Under the pieces are notes generated by a model, which was not told where the DNA came from, did not search any database, and saw only the letters and a list, made by a program, of their open reading frames with translations. A DNA stretch of 63,912 bases, filler included, from Reclinomonas americana ATCC 50394 (taxonomy: Eukaryota): the NCBI GenBank assembly GCA_048213135.1. It is 17 parts of 17 records of this genome, joined end to end, with 100 filler letters (N's around TTAATTAATTAA, not from the genome) between each part and the next. Parts side by side here need not be neighbours in the genome. Positions count along the whole stretch, not along the records: positions 14,070 to 17,475 come from AFZH01023569.1; positions 17,576 to 21,879 come from AFZH01023570.1; positions 21,980 to 23,799 come from AFZH01023571.1; positions 23,900 to 29,059 come from AFZH01023572.1; 13 more parts are not named here. One strand, given 5' to 3'. The translations under genes and the position numbers were made by a program. Positions 14,390 through 26,015 of this stretch are shown here, piece after piece (the first letter of the stretch is position 1; the number at the start of each line of letters is the position of its first letter).

Positions 14390-16129
14390 ATGGAGCCAGG
14401 GTGGTCCGCCCACGACGTGCTATGGAGAATAGTACAGACGCAGTTACGGCAGGGCGGCGTGGAGCGCGCACTGAGTGTGCTCGACAAGATGTGTGACAAT
14501 CCCTTCGCGTTCGACCACTGCGTCGTGCGAGCGCACACCGACAAGGCTTCGACACCTCGTCTCGCACGTGCGCTGCTCACCCACCGACGCATGACGCCCT
14601 GCTCGCTCGCGGTCTTGCTGTGCGCCGTCTGCTCGTCGTCAACCAGCAGAAGCAGCAGCAACGTCGAGGACGATTGCGAGGACGACGACAACTCACTCTC
14701 CTCCATTCTCGCGCACTGCCCGCTCGCCCTCTCCCCGGCCCTCGCCACGCGCGTGATCGTCACCGCGCTGCATTGCCTCGACAGCCGCCCTCACTATGTC
14801 GACCTGCTCCTCGCGCGTTTCGGCACCCACCACCACTCTGTGTGCACGGCGGTGCTGGTCGAGGCCGTGACCCTTCCTGTTGACCACATAAGATACGTAC
14901 TCAACCTCATGGATGATGCGGTCGACATGCTTCCGGCCTTCAGAGCGGCCATCGCTCGTCACCGTGCCGGAGCAGTGTGGGCGTTCATGGATGATAAGAG
15001 ATTGCGACAAGTACTCGCGACGGCGGGCGTTGAGCTGGCCGACCTGCAGCAGATACTGCGCCGTGGATGGGACGGCGCTTCGTGCGACTTGATTCACAGT
15101 ATGGCGCCCTACCTTGTGTCACCGGCGATTCTGATGGAGGCTGTCGCGCATGGTTGTCACCGCACCACGGCGTACATTCTCCGGTGCTACCCACGCATGG
15201 AGTTTGACGGTGACGCGCTGCTGACTGTCGCCTTGAATGCACACTCGCCGCTCACAGTGATGAATGTCGTGAGAGACTGCCGCGTTCCGATCTCGGAAGA
15301 CGTGCTATTGTACGCTGGTGCGTGGGGCTACATTGACGAGGTGCCGCACCTGGCCGCACGCATGACGGTGTGCGAGACGTTGTTGCACGCGGTGGCTGTG
15401 GGGCGCGCCGATGTGGTGCAGCGCCTGCTCGCCGACGCCACGTACGCTCCACCGATGGTGGCGCGTGAGATGGCCGTGTACTCCGCCATCGCATCGTCGT
15501 ACGCTGACATTGTGCGCCTGCTCTTGAGCGACGAGCGCTTTCCGGTGGCGCTGACGCTAGCGTTGCAGGAGCCCGATGACTTCATGCTGAACATGGTGCT
15601 GAAGGCGACGCCAGAGGTGGTGCGTGCGGTGCTGGCCTGTCCGCGTGCGAGACCGATTCTTGTCGGCACAGAAGCGCTGAAGAAGGCGGTCGTACGTGCG
15701 CGGTATGGCGTAGCGTGCGAGCTCATGCGCGACGAGCAGGTGCAGTTCGATCATGCGCTTGTTGCCACGCTCAACAGGTCCGTGGCCGGGTGCGACCGGC
15801 TGCTCTGCCTTGCTGGCATTCGCGGCATGCAAGCACCGTTGCGTCTGGCCAAGGTCTCGTTCGTAATGCCTCTCTCGCGCCGGGTGTGGAGCGGCTATCG
15901 CTCGTGGCTTGATTTCACGCGACAGGTCCGCTTTTGCGATCTCGTCGCCCTCCACCCCTCCAAGATCCAGGAGCTCGGTATTCTCGAGGAGAAGAGTGTG
16001 TTCCGCTTCGAGCTGGCCGACGTCATTGCCGCCTACCGAGTGTTTCAGTTGTTGATGCAGGAGCGACATCGCATGCCCAACATCGGCGCCGATGCGGCGG
16101 TGGTGGTCTGTCGGTTTTTGTCGCGGTGA
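14390..16129 (+). CDS. Intronless ankyrin-repeat-like helical protein
   Basis: Single 641-codon ORF (14204-16129); ATG 14390 is a likely start. Degenerate ankyrin motifs AVAHGCHRTTAYIL, AVAVGRADVVQRLL, AIASSYADIVRLLLSDERF, AVVRARYGVACELMRDEQV. Confidence 0.65.
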   Translation: MEPGWSAHDVLWRIVQTQLRQGGVERALSVLDKMCDNPFAFDHCVVRAHTDKASTPRLARALLTHRRMTPCSLAVLLCAVCSSSTSRSSSNVEDDCEDDDNSLSSILAHCPLALSPALATRVIVTALHCLDSRPHYVDLLLARFGTHHHSVCTAVLVEAVTLPVDHIRYVLNLMDDAVDMLPAFRAAIARHRAGAVWAFMDDKRLRQVLATAGVELADLQQILRRGWDGASCDLIHSMAPYLVSPAILMEAVAHGCHRTTAYILRCYPRMEFDGDALLTVALNAHSPLTVMNVVRDCRVPISEDVLLYAGAWGYIDEVPHLAARMTVCETLLHAVAVGRADVVQRLLADATYAPPMVAREMAVYSAIASSYADIVRLLLSDERFPVALTLALQEPDDFMLNMVLKATPEVVRAVLACPRARPILVGTEALKKAVVRARYGVACELMRDEQVQFDHALVATLNRSVAGCDRLLCLAGIRGMQAPLRLAKVSFVMPLSRRVWSGYRSWLDFTRQVRFCDLVALHPSKIQELGILEEKSVFRFELADVIAAYRVFQLLMQERHRMPNIGADAAVVVCRFLSR

Positions 16130-17331
16130 GCGTGAGTAAATGTAGAGAGAAGAGGTGTTTGTGTCAGAAGTTGCAAGGAACAACAACAATTCACCAACAA
16201 ACAAGCAACAGCTGTCTTGATTACCAAGTTCAACCACCAGTCCTGAGGCAGCGGCAGGTCTTCTTGTATGTGTTCGCTCTCGGAGCTCCGAACGGATTCG
16301 ACGTCGACGCTCTTCACTGTATATGCGTGGTTGAAAAGTGGATTTGATGCACTTGCATGCATATATATAGCGTTTCTGCGATCGTACACACAGCACATCG
16401 AATCCGGGAAAAGGCCATAGCCAGCTCAGCAATTGCAAAGCAAAGCCGGGTTCGAGAAGCAAGCAAAGCAGTGGAGGCCCTAGCAAAGAAACCCCAGTGC
16501 TGCTGCCTTCAAGGACTGGTGTTTGTAGCGATGTTTTGGCCATGGTTGCAGCTGGCAGGCTGCTGTTCCGAGCGAATGCATAGTTGTTGTTCGAATTCAT
16601 GATCAGCAATATCGAAGGCATTTGTCGACGTCGCATGCGCAGCCTGCACCACATCGACACACACACACAAGGGTGTAATGCACTCTAGTCATCGGAGTAC
16701 TCCTCGTCGTACCAGTCAAACCTTCTCCGATCGCGCGACAGACTTTCGTCACCACCGGACTTCACTCCTGCTGTCATCTCCGATCCCAGCAAAAATGTGG
16801 TCTCGCGTGGCGACCGCCGTCGCCTGTGTGTGCTCCTTCTCCGTGTCCGCCTGGTCCAAGAGCACCTCAGGCAACAAGCCCGGCTCCACTGGTGCCTTGG
16901 TTCTCAATGCCGCCGGTTACTCGCGTTCTGTTGACAAGTCGGTGAGTGGTGGTGAAGGAGAAGAAGAAGGGAGAGAATGAGAGAGAGAGAGAGAGAGAGA
17001 GAGAGGAGGAGAGAGAGAGAAGAGAGAGAGAGAGAAAGCGAGAGCGAGAAAACAGAGAGGACAAAATGAAGAATGAGAGCTGGGATGAAGAGAGATGAGG
17101 AAGAGCGCGAGAGAGAAGGGGGAGAGGCCAACAGGAGGGAGAAGACGACGGGTGAGAGATTCACATGCGGAAGAGGGCTTGCTGGAATAGATGAGAGAGA
17201 AACAGGCAGAAGGAAAGAGAGGAGAGAATCAAGGCAGCAAGAGGTTTGCAGGCACGGAATGACAACCTGACGAGAGGGGAAAGAGGTAAGAGGGACAAGA
17301 ACGTCGAGGAAAAAGAGGAAGAATACAAGAT

Positions 17332-17382
<51 letters not shown>

Positions 17383-17751
17383 GAGAGAGACGACGAGGAC
17401 GAGACGAAGTAGGTTCGACGACGACGACGGAGAGACGTAACGTAGGAGGAAGGGAAGGGGAAACGGAAGAAAACGNNNNNNNNNNNNNNNNNNNNNNNNN
17501 NNNNNNNNNNNNNNNNNNNTTAATTAATTAANNNNNNNNNNNNNNNNNNNNNNNNNNNNNNNNNNNNNNNNNNNNGAGAGAGAGGGAGAGAGAGAGAAAG
17601 AGAAAGAGAGAGAGAAAGAAGAGTGTGTGCATGCAAGGACAGATGATTGCATGCATGCTCACTGTCTCCTTCTCTCCCCCCCTCCTCTCTCTCCCTCTCT
17701 CTCTTTTTGTGTGTGACTGTGCATCTCATGTTCGGAAATCACACTGCACAA

Positions 17752-20215
17752 ATGAAGGGCGGTGAGGCGGAAGGCGGGAATTCTTCTCCTTCATCGTCGC
17801 CGTCGGCCACTCCGACTGCGGTGCGAAGTCGCGAGGATTCTCGATCGTTCCTCGCGGAGATTGTCGGCTCTGAGTCGCTGCGTGGACGGGTGCTCAACAC
17901 AGGTGCGCGGGCGCAGCCAGTTGTCTCCCTTCTTTGATTCATTCTTCCTCATCATCTTGCCTTCCCTTTTTAGGCTGCCTCCTCAAAATGGCCGACATGG
18001 TCGCCGGTCGCGTGGCCTACCTGCACGCTCGCCACCGCGTGGCCACTCTGCTCTTCGACTCGGTGCGCGTTCTCCGCCCGGCGCTGCACAACGACTTAGT
18101 GCGCGTCGAGGGCGAGCTGATCAAGGTCGGCCTGTCGTCCATGACGGTCGAAGTGCGTGCGTACCGCTGCGACTTTGCCACCAAGGAGTGGCAGCCGCTG
18201 CTCACGTGCCACGTGATCATGGTGGCCATTGATGAGCGCGGCCGACCGTGGAAGCACATTCCCAGTTTCGTTCCATCCCACCGTGTCCATCTCTGTCGCT
18301 CACCCGGTGCATGTAGAGCTTCTCGAGCAGCAGCAGCAACGCGACAGCAGCGGACGACAGTTCCTCTCCATTCAGCCAGGTGCGAGGCGCAGTGACAGAG
18401 TGTGCGGTCATTTTGTTTTGCTGTCTTGTTTACGAGCTGGGCCGCAGCGATCCCGGAGGCCGAGGGTCACCTGCGAGGTTTGCTTACTTTCATCTGCTTT
18501 GCATTCTGTGTCATGCGTTTCGGTCTCAATCCTGTTGAGTGCGCAGTTGAGGATGTCGAGGTTTGTTTCAAGCAGACTGTGACCGGTCTTGTCAACCTCC
18601 TGACACAGCCTCGCAGGACCCAGTCAATCGCCACAAGGTCACGCACGTCGACATGCGCGAGACTGAGATTCTGCTGCAGCGCCACTTCATGCCGCGTCAC
18701 AAGAACATCAACGACTCGATCTTTGGCGGTTGGTTTCTAAAAGATAGGATTGATGTGCTGATGGCCTGATGCTTACTATCGAGGTGCGCTCTGCAGGTGA
18801 AATGCTCGAGATGATGGAGGTGTGTTTGTCTGCTTCTAGTTGTCTTGTGCTTCGCAGCGTTCTCCCTCTCCTTCTCCTTCGCCGGCGCTTGTCTGCATTC
18901 GTCCTTGCAGTGACACACGCACCTCTCTTGTCTCCCGTGTCAGGGGTTGTCCAGTGCTGCTACAAGATTCTCATCCACTCTCTCTCCTCCTCTCTCTGGT
19001 GCTTTTCTGCTCTCGTCGCTGCCACTTTGCACAATTTATCTTCTTTCCGTAATACTTCCCACATGTGCTGGTACGCACGAGCACGGACAACTCGCGCACG
19101 CGCACTCTCTCACTCTTCCTCCTTTCCCTCGCTTGTCTGCTCTCGTCACCGCCACACTGCACGCGATCTGTCTTCTCTCCTTCTCTGTCTTGTCGTCTTT
19201 CCTTCATGAGTTCTCACCTGCCGTTTCTTGCGATCGTGTTCTCTCTCCCGGGCGCTTGACTATTTCCATTACTGCCACTGTACACGGGGCCCGTCTTCTC
19301 TCCTTCCCTGTGGTGTCGTCTTTCCTTCATGAGTTCTCATCGGTGCCGTTCCGTTCAAGCATTGTCGTCTTCTCTCTCTCCCGGTCGCTTGTCTGCTTCT
19401 ACTACTGCTACGTGCACGCGGTTTGTCTTCGCCTTCCTCTCATTCCATCACAATGGCTCGAGCATTGCCATCTTCGCTCTCTTTTCTCTGTCCCTCTTCC
19501 TTATGCCCACTATCCCGTCGTGTATCTTGTCTGCCAAGTAGTCTTTGTTTCTCGCGTCCCTGCCCGCTTCACTCACATCCGCCATCCATTCTCCCTCCCT
19601 TCTCCCTTCCGCAGCGCCTGGCCACGCAAACGGTGCAGCACTTTTCCACCTCTCCAGAATTGACGGCATACACGGTGGCCATGCAATCGATCTTGTTCAA
19701 GGTACGACAGTACACTCACACGGTGCGATCTGGCACTCAACCGTGGAATGTCACAGCACCCCGTCGACGTGTCCGACTTGGTGCGCGCTCGTGCACGCGT
19801 AATCTACGTATCGCACGCGCACATCATGGTGCGCGTTAACGTGTCGTTGCTGAAGATTGACGGCACCGTGGTCGAAAGTCACGACGGTTTGTTGATTGCA
19901 GTGCCTTTGTGTGTGAATCGCGCACTGACTCTCCATCATCTGCAGGTTACTTTACGGTGCGACTCTCTCGCTTGAGAATCGACACCTTCCTCCTTTCTCG
20001 AGCGTTTGACTCATGCATGCATCATCACGCAGGTGGCCTCGTACGACTCGATCGGCTTCAAGATGGCGGTCGACAAAGGCATCAGTCTCAGCGAGGATGA
20101 TCAGGAAGGCTTGCGCGAGTACCGCCGCGGACGGCTGATGTACGAGGCACTGAAGAAGGGCGATCAACCAATCGTTGATTATGCCGGCCGACCGCTGGCG
20201 CGGGCGGGTCTGTGA
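17752..20215 (+). CDS. Double-hotdog acyl-CoA thioesterase (multi-exon)
   Basis: First hotdog: GCLLKMADMVAGRVA...VGLSSMTVEV...MVAIDERGRP. Second hotdog: FMPRHKNINDSIFGG-EMLEMME...ILFKHPVDVSDLV...GYFTVASYD. Stop TGA at 20213-20215. Confidence 0.85.
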
Positions 20216-20363
20216 AACCAGATGAATCCGCAAGTGCACTGTCGATTTCATTAGAAGCGTATTACTGCGTGTCTTGATTTTTCTCTTCTTCAATTGCACT
20301 GCTGCTGGAGGGCAGGCGAGAATTACACACTCTATTATTCTTTTTTGCACAGCCGAGCAGGCC

Positions 20364-21438
20364 TCACTCGTCAGCCTCGTCGGCCCACCGGTCCGGCAGC
20401 ATTTCCGAGTCCACATCCTCGTCGTCTTCATCATCGTCGTCCACATCCATGTCATCTCCGTCTTCTTCTTCTTCTTCATCATCGTCTTCATCGTCTTCGT
20501 CTTCTTCCTCTTCCTCCTTTTTGACGTCTTCCTTGACTTCGTGCTCGGACTCCGTGTCTGCACTCTCCGCTTGTCTCCCGCCGAGTCGCTGTGCTACCCC
20601 AGGCAACAGTAGACGCAAGGCGCCATCGATGTCGGAAATGGAAATATCGCTGCCAAGGCGAGCGTCAATGTGCGCCACTACGAGGGCGAGCGCCTGTCGA
20701 ATAAAGAACTCTGCCGCCTGTCGCATCTCCTCGTACACGCTCAGACGAGGTCTCATGACTGCTTGTCTCCGCGCGTCCTCCGGTTGCAGGCTGCAGTGGC
20801 ATGTTTCAGAACAAGCAGAAGGCACACGCGGCAAGGGTGTATTCCAGAACTTTTCGCTCCACTCTCACGTTGCACTCTCTCACATCACCCCCTCGTTGTA
20901 CTCTGCCGCTTCACTTCCTCGTTGCACTCTGTCGTTCCACTTCCTCGTTGCACTCTGTCGTTCCACTTCCTCGTTGCACTCTGCCGCTTCACTTTCTCGT
21001 TGCAATCTGTCGTTCCACTTCCTCGTTGCACTCTGTCGCTTCACTCCCTTCTTGCACTCTCTCGCTTCACTCCCTCGTTGCTCTCTCTCGCATCACACTC
21101 TCTTTGCTCTCTCCCTCCTCTCTCTCTCTCCCTCTCTCCCTTCCTCCCTCCCCCTCCGTGACTCACTTCGCAATCTCGCTTGCCGTCGCATGGTGGTCGA
21201 ATAAGCAGCCCACAAAATGCTCACGCTTGACTCGATCGACTTTCTTGTCGTCCGCTTCGAAGGCCGCCACCTCCTCCTTGCGCTTTCGCCGGGCTCTGGG
21301 CGACGAACAGCGTGAGGACGAATTCCCATGGATCTCATAAACTCATGGGAGCGAGGCACAAAACTCTGATCGCTCCCGTGCCACCGTGTCGTCGTCAATC
21401 TCCTCTGCTTGCTCGTACTTGGCAGGCGGAAGCAATCC
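20364..21438 (-). CDS. 3' part of a gene ending in an H4-like histone fold plus acidic tail
   Basis: Last exon 20790-20364 reads RPRLSVYEEMRQAAEFFIRQALALVVAHIDARLGSDISISDIDGALRLL, then about 45 mostly D/E residues. An upstream exon splices in frame (…SEIA-N-LQPED). Confidence 0.5.
20880..21080. repeat. Intronic minisatellite, unit about 26 nt (CACTTCCTCGTTGCACTCTGTCGTTC)
   Basis: About 7 imperfect tandem copies. Confidence 0.85.
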
Positions 21439-21979
21439 TATTGAAGGAGATGTGTGAGATACACAATTCGCGCACGACGATGACAGAGGGAGAGAAAGGG
21501 GAAGAAACCAAAGCAGCTCAGACAGACAGCAGCGCGCGCACACAAACAAGAACACACACACACAAAAACTCAAACACAGGAACAGGCAAAGAGTAACACC
21601 AAGGGTGTATATGAGTGAGAAAGAGAAAGAGAGAGAGAGAGAGAGAGACAAACAGATAACAGGAGGCAGAAAGAGGAAGTTCTCGAGTGTGTTCTTGTTT
21701 GGGATGCGTGTTCTTGTGTGGGCGTATGCGAGAGAAAGAGAGAGACAAGCAGATAACAGACAACAGGAGGCAGAGAGGCGGAAGGGATAGCGAGTGAGTT
21801 GCAATGTGAGATTGTGCGTATGTGTTCGTGTGTTTGAGTTCTTGTGTGTGTTCTTGTGTGGGTGCATATCAGAGAGAGANNNNNNNNNNNNNNNNNNNNN
21901 NNNNNNNNNNNNNNNNNNNNNNNTTAATTAATTAANNNNNNNNNNNNNNNNNNNNNNNNNNNNNNNNNNNNNNNNNNNN

Positions 21980-22208
21980 CGTCCATGAACGGATTCTGCG
22001 GCCGGCGCTCGACGCGCGCGCCATAGACGTTGACGACCGAGGGCGCCGTCTTCTGCACGACCGGCGCAAAGGACAGCGTGATCTGCTGGCGCGCCTCGGG
22101 CACCTGCCGGGCCTGGGCGAGCGCCAGCGTCGATGTCCCCATGGACAGCACGACGCCGAGCGTCAGGGCGACAAACCGACTGCGGTTCGGCATGATGAAA
22201 CGGCGCAT
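21980..22208 (-). CDS. Do/DegQ-family periplasmic serine protease, N-terminal fragment (bacterial)
   Basis: Signal peptide then LSFAPVVQKTAPSVVNVY…NPFMD. RBS AAGGAG lies just upstream of ATG 22208. Truncated by the spacer. Confidence 0.85.
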
Positions 22209-22364
22209 GCCGGTCTCCTTCTTGAAACAAAACAGCTGCCTTGGACGTTCACATCCTGAACCACATCTCCGCGGCAGCACCCCGGACAGTCTCGGAAACA
22301 CGCGCTGCGCGATTCCGTTCCGGGTCGCGAATCCCCCGCCTTCCCTCCAGAAAGGACCGTCGAC

Positions 22365-22784
22365 GTGAGCCTCGTGCGCCTTGTTTATGCCAGCCGTAGC
22401 CGACTCGTCGAGGCGGATCGACGCGCCGAGCTCGCGCGCATTCTCCAGACGGCGCGACGGCTCAATGCCGAAAGACATATCACGGGCTTCCTGATGGCGA
22501 CGCCGGGCGGATTCGCCCAGGTCCTCGAAGGCGAGGCCGGCTCTATCGCGGAAACCTATGGCCGGATCATGGTCGATCCGCGCCATGACCAGCTGCGGCT
22601 GCTGGCGCAGGACACGGTCGCCGACCGGCAGTTCGCCGGCTGGGCGATGGCCTTGGCCGAGCACAATGAGACGACCGCGTTCATCTTCGGGCTCTACGGC
22701 GTCTCGCCGGAGACCGAGATCTTCGAGCAGCCGCTCGACGTGCTGCTCGATCTCGCCGCCGAGCTCGCGAGCGCCCGGGCCTAG
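22365..22784 (+). CDS. Stand-alone BLUF blue-light sensor protein (bacterial)
   Basis: LVYASR, ARRLN..ITGFL, FAQVLEG, DPRH and RQFAGWAM retain the BLUF Tyr/Asn/Gln/Trp/Met residues. GTG start preceded by AAGGA. Confidence 0.93.
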   Translation: MSLVRLVYASRSRLVEADRRAELARILQTARRLNAERHITGFLMATPGGFAQVLEGEAGSIAETYGRIMVDPRHDQLRLLAQDTVADRQFAGWAMALAEHNETTAFIFGLYGVSPETEIFEQPLDVLLDLAAELASARA

Positions 22785-22808
22785 AGCCGGATCTTATTCA
22801 GAACCACG

Positions 22809-22913
22809 CGTCATCCTGGACCAGCGGCGAAGCCGCGCAGCTCCGGGATCGATCCTGGGGCTCTGGAGCGCTGCGATGGATCCCAGAACGAGCTTCGCTC
22901 GCCCGGGATGACG
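22809..22913. repeat. Alphaproteobacterial intergenic palindromic (REP/RPE-like) element between convergent genes
   Basis: Terminal arms CGTCATCC(T)GG…CCGGGATGACG with internal hairpins GCGGCGAAGCCGC and GAGCTTCGCTC. Confidence 0.8.
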
Positions 22914-22949
22914 GCGTTGGGTCGATAGAAGTCAGCGCGCTGGAACTGC

Positions 22950-23799
22950 CTACTTCGCGTCGCTGAGCAGCACCTTGTATTTCTCGATCTCGGCCGGAAC
23001 CATCCTGGCGACGAATTCCGGCGACATTTCCTCCTTCTCGGGCAGCACCGAGGAGAGCTCCTTGAAGCGCGCATGCAGCTTTTCGCTCGACAGCGCAGTG
23101 CGCAGCGCCTGGTTCAAGCGATCGATCACCGGCTGTGGCGTACCCTTCGGCGCGAAGATCGCGTTCCAGCCCTGCGCCTGGAAGGCCGGCAAGCCGGCCT
23201 CGGCCGAGGTCGGCACATCCGGCAGGCTCGGCAGGCGCTGCGGCGTCGCCACCACCAGCGCCTTGACCTTGTTGCCCTGGACAGCGCCCGATAGCGAGGT
23301 CGCCGCATCGCAGACGCCGTCGATCTGCCCGCCCATCAGGTCATTCAGGGCCGGGCCCGCGCCGCGATAGCTCACCAGCGCCACGTCGAGGCCGGACGCC
23401 TTCAGGAAATTGCGGCAGATCAGATAGTTCGACGACCCGACGCCGGCATGGCCGAGACTGATCTTGCCGGGGTTCGCCTTGGCATAGGCGAGGAATTCCT
23501 TGAGGTCTTTGGCCGGGAAGTCGAGCTTCAGCGCGATCATCGGCGAGGTCTTGGCGACGAGGCCGACCGGCACGAAATCGGCCGGTGTGTATTTCAGGTC
23601 GTTGTAAATCGTGTAGGAGGCGGCATTGGTGCCGCTATTGCCGATCACGATGGTATAGCCGTCGGGCTCGGCCCGCGCCGCCCGTGTCAAGGCGGTCGCA
23701 CCGCCCGCCCCGCCCATGTTCTCCATCACGATGCGCTGGCCGAGAACCTGCGCCATCTCCTCGCCGACGAGACGCGCGATCACGTCGGAGGAGCCGCCG
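22950..23799 (-). CDS. Bug/TctC tripartite tricarboxylate transporter substrate-binding protein (5' truncated)
   Basis: GGSSDVIAR, ENMGGAGGA, PDGYT, YRGAGPALNDLMGGQID, RLPSLPDVPT, APKGTP. Confidence 0.95.
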
Positions 23800-23899
23800 N
23801 NNNNNNNNNNNNNNNNNNNNNNNNNNNNNNNNNNNNNNNNNNNTTAATTAATTAANNNNNNNNNNNNNNNNNNNNNNNNNNNNNNNNNNNNNNNNNNNN

Positions 23900-25003
23900 A
23901 ATGCCGGCGACTCGGGAGCTTGCAACTTGGCGACGCGATTGCCTCCACCACTGCCGCCCTGCTTCTCCACCAGCGCGAGATCGTCGCGGTCCATCTTGTC
24001 GCAGAGGACGCACATGGCACCCTTCCACAGCAAGCACGAGGCCTCGTCGGGGCACACCACATCCAGGCTGCGCAGGTCGGCCATCGATACGCGACTCGAG
24101 GCTGCAGACACAGCAAAGCAAGTGTCTGTTTAGCAGAGGGAGCAAAGTGGGCGCAGCGACGATCACAATCTGCGCACCGGCTGCCTTGGGCGAGTAGATC
24201 ACGGAAAACGAGAGGTGCACGCGGCTGCCATCCGAGTTGCGTCGAAACACTTCCGTGCTCTGTCCCGACACCACCTCCACCACGTTGCGCAAATCGACTG
24301 CCGCACACACCATGAATACTCTTGAAACACGACGCACTTAAGTACGAGCACACTGACCGGTGGTGCGCTTGGTGTGCTTGCTCGGCGAGTACCACGTGAG
24401 CACCAGCTGCTCGGGAAACAATCGGAAGAATCGCGGATGTGGCTTGCCCCGACGACCATGCTTGACCAGCGACATGCCGACCGTCATCCGCTCCACATCC
24501 GCCTCGGAAAAGTACCGCAAAAGCAACTCTGTGACGATCCCGATGAGCACACAGACAGAGAGTGAGACAGACAAAGAAAGATACACACCTCGCTTTGGCT
24601 GCGTGGCTGCGGCCGGAGGCGATGCCGGCGGTGACGATGGAGTCGACTGCACGCCCTGTCGTCTGCCACGCGCAACCAGCTCACTTGCTGGCACTCCCGC
24701 CTCTCCTCCTCCTGCCGATGATGGACTGCCAGCACTGCTCCGTCGACGATGCCCACTGCCAGTCGATGATGATGGCTGTGCTGGCGACAGCGGAGATGAG
24801 GGATGAACAGCGGAGACTGGTCGTGCTTTCTTCTGTTGCTGTTGTTGCGGCTGTTGTTGTGGTGGTGGCTGTGATGAGCGCTGCTGAGCTGATAATGGTT
24901 GTTGCTTCCGCGTGGAGTGCGTGGTGGCACTCAGTGACGACGATGATGAGGTGGGTGTGGATGAGGACGACGAGGAGGTCGCCATGGGTGGCTGACTCAT
25001 CAT
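23900..25003 (-). CDS. Protein with a PLC/PRAF-type PH domain (3' truncated)
   Basis: Spliced GMSLVKHGRRGKPHPRFFRL…VVSGQSTEVFRR…LSFSVIY…RSLDVVCPDEASCLLW, after an S/Q-rich N-terminus. Confidence 0.8.
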
Positions 25004-25738
25004 GCTCCCTCCTCCTCAGCCTGCGAGTGAGAGCGTGTGAGTGAGAGTGTGTCATGACGGAGATGTCGGCCCGCGGACACACGAGCGTGTGAATTGGTGA
25101 GAGCGGCGAGAGATGTGCGTGCATGTGCGGGCGTGTGTGCGCATGCAAGTGTGAGTGGGAAAGAAGAGTGCATCACTCACCTTATCCTTATGTGTGATGG
25201 GAGCCAGCGTGTCCTGCTGTCCAGAAATGGCAATGCCGTGTGTTTCCCGTGTCCCCACACATGTGCCGCGGTGCGAAAGAGTGCATACGCCACTCGGGTT
25301 CGTTCCTCCTCTTTTTCTGCACGGCCATGGAATTCCATGTGCGACGTTGGTCGACGTCACTCCGAATGAGCGTTTCCATGCAGTGTACGTTGATTTGACA
25401 CACAGGATACCTTTACGACGCACTCTCCGCAGCATCCACCACACCGCCACGTGCTCAATAACCGCGACGTCGATACCATTGGCGGAAAACGGGCGCGAGA
25501 TATCGAAAGGCGCCACCGTGCTCCCCCGTGGCCACGGCCATGACCACGCAAGTGGCACGCACCAGCACCACCTCGAGATACGTGTACATGCGTGGCACAC
25601 ATGCGACCGGCGCGAGGAGAGCAGCACTGCGGTGGAGCGCTCAAGCTCGAACATTTGCGTCCGCCGGAGTTTCACCCCCACATACAGTGTCCGTCCGAGT
25701 ACACCGCGCAAACCTCACAGTGCATGTCGCCGCCTCTG

Positions 25739-25770
<32 letters not shown>

Positions 25771-26015
25771 TTTCCATTCTCACGCGCCGCTCACTGTATT
25801 GCATACGCCTCTGATGAAATGCTTGCACAACTGCTTCAAATTCCGGAAAAGGGAAAGATAATTTTTGGACGCGGCTCGTTGTTGTTTGTGTGCGTTCGAG
25901 CGCGTGCGCGTGTCTCTCCGCAGCGTGCGCTTCTCCGTGCCATACACATACACTTTCGCCTTACACACACACACGCACACACACTATCTGTGTTGAGTGA
26001 GTGAGTGAGAGAGAA

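Noticed and set aside
21980..23799. Bacteria-to-eukaryote horizontal transfer
   Set aside because: Bacterial genes lie on their own contigs with no junction to eukaryotic DNA and no introns.
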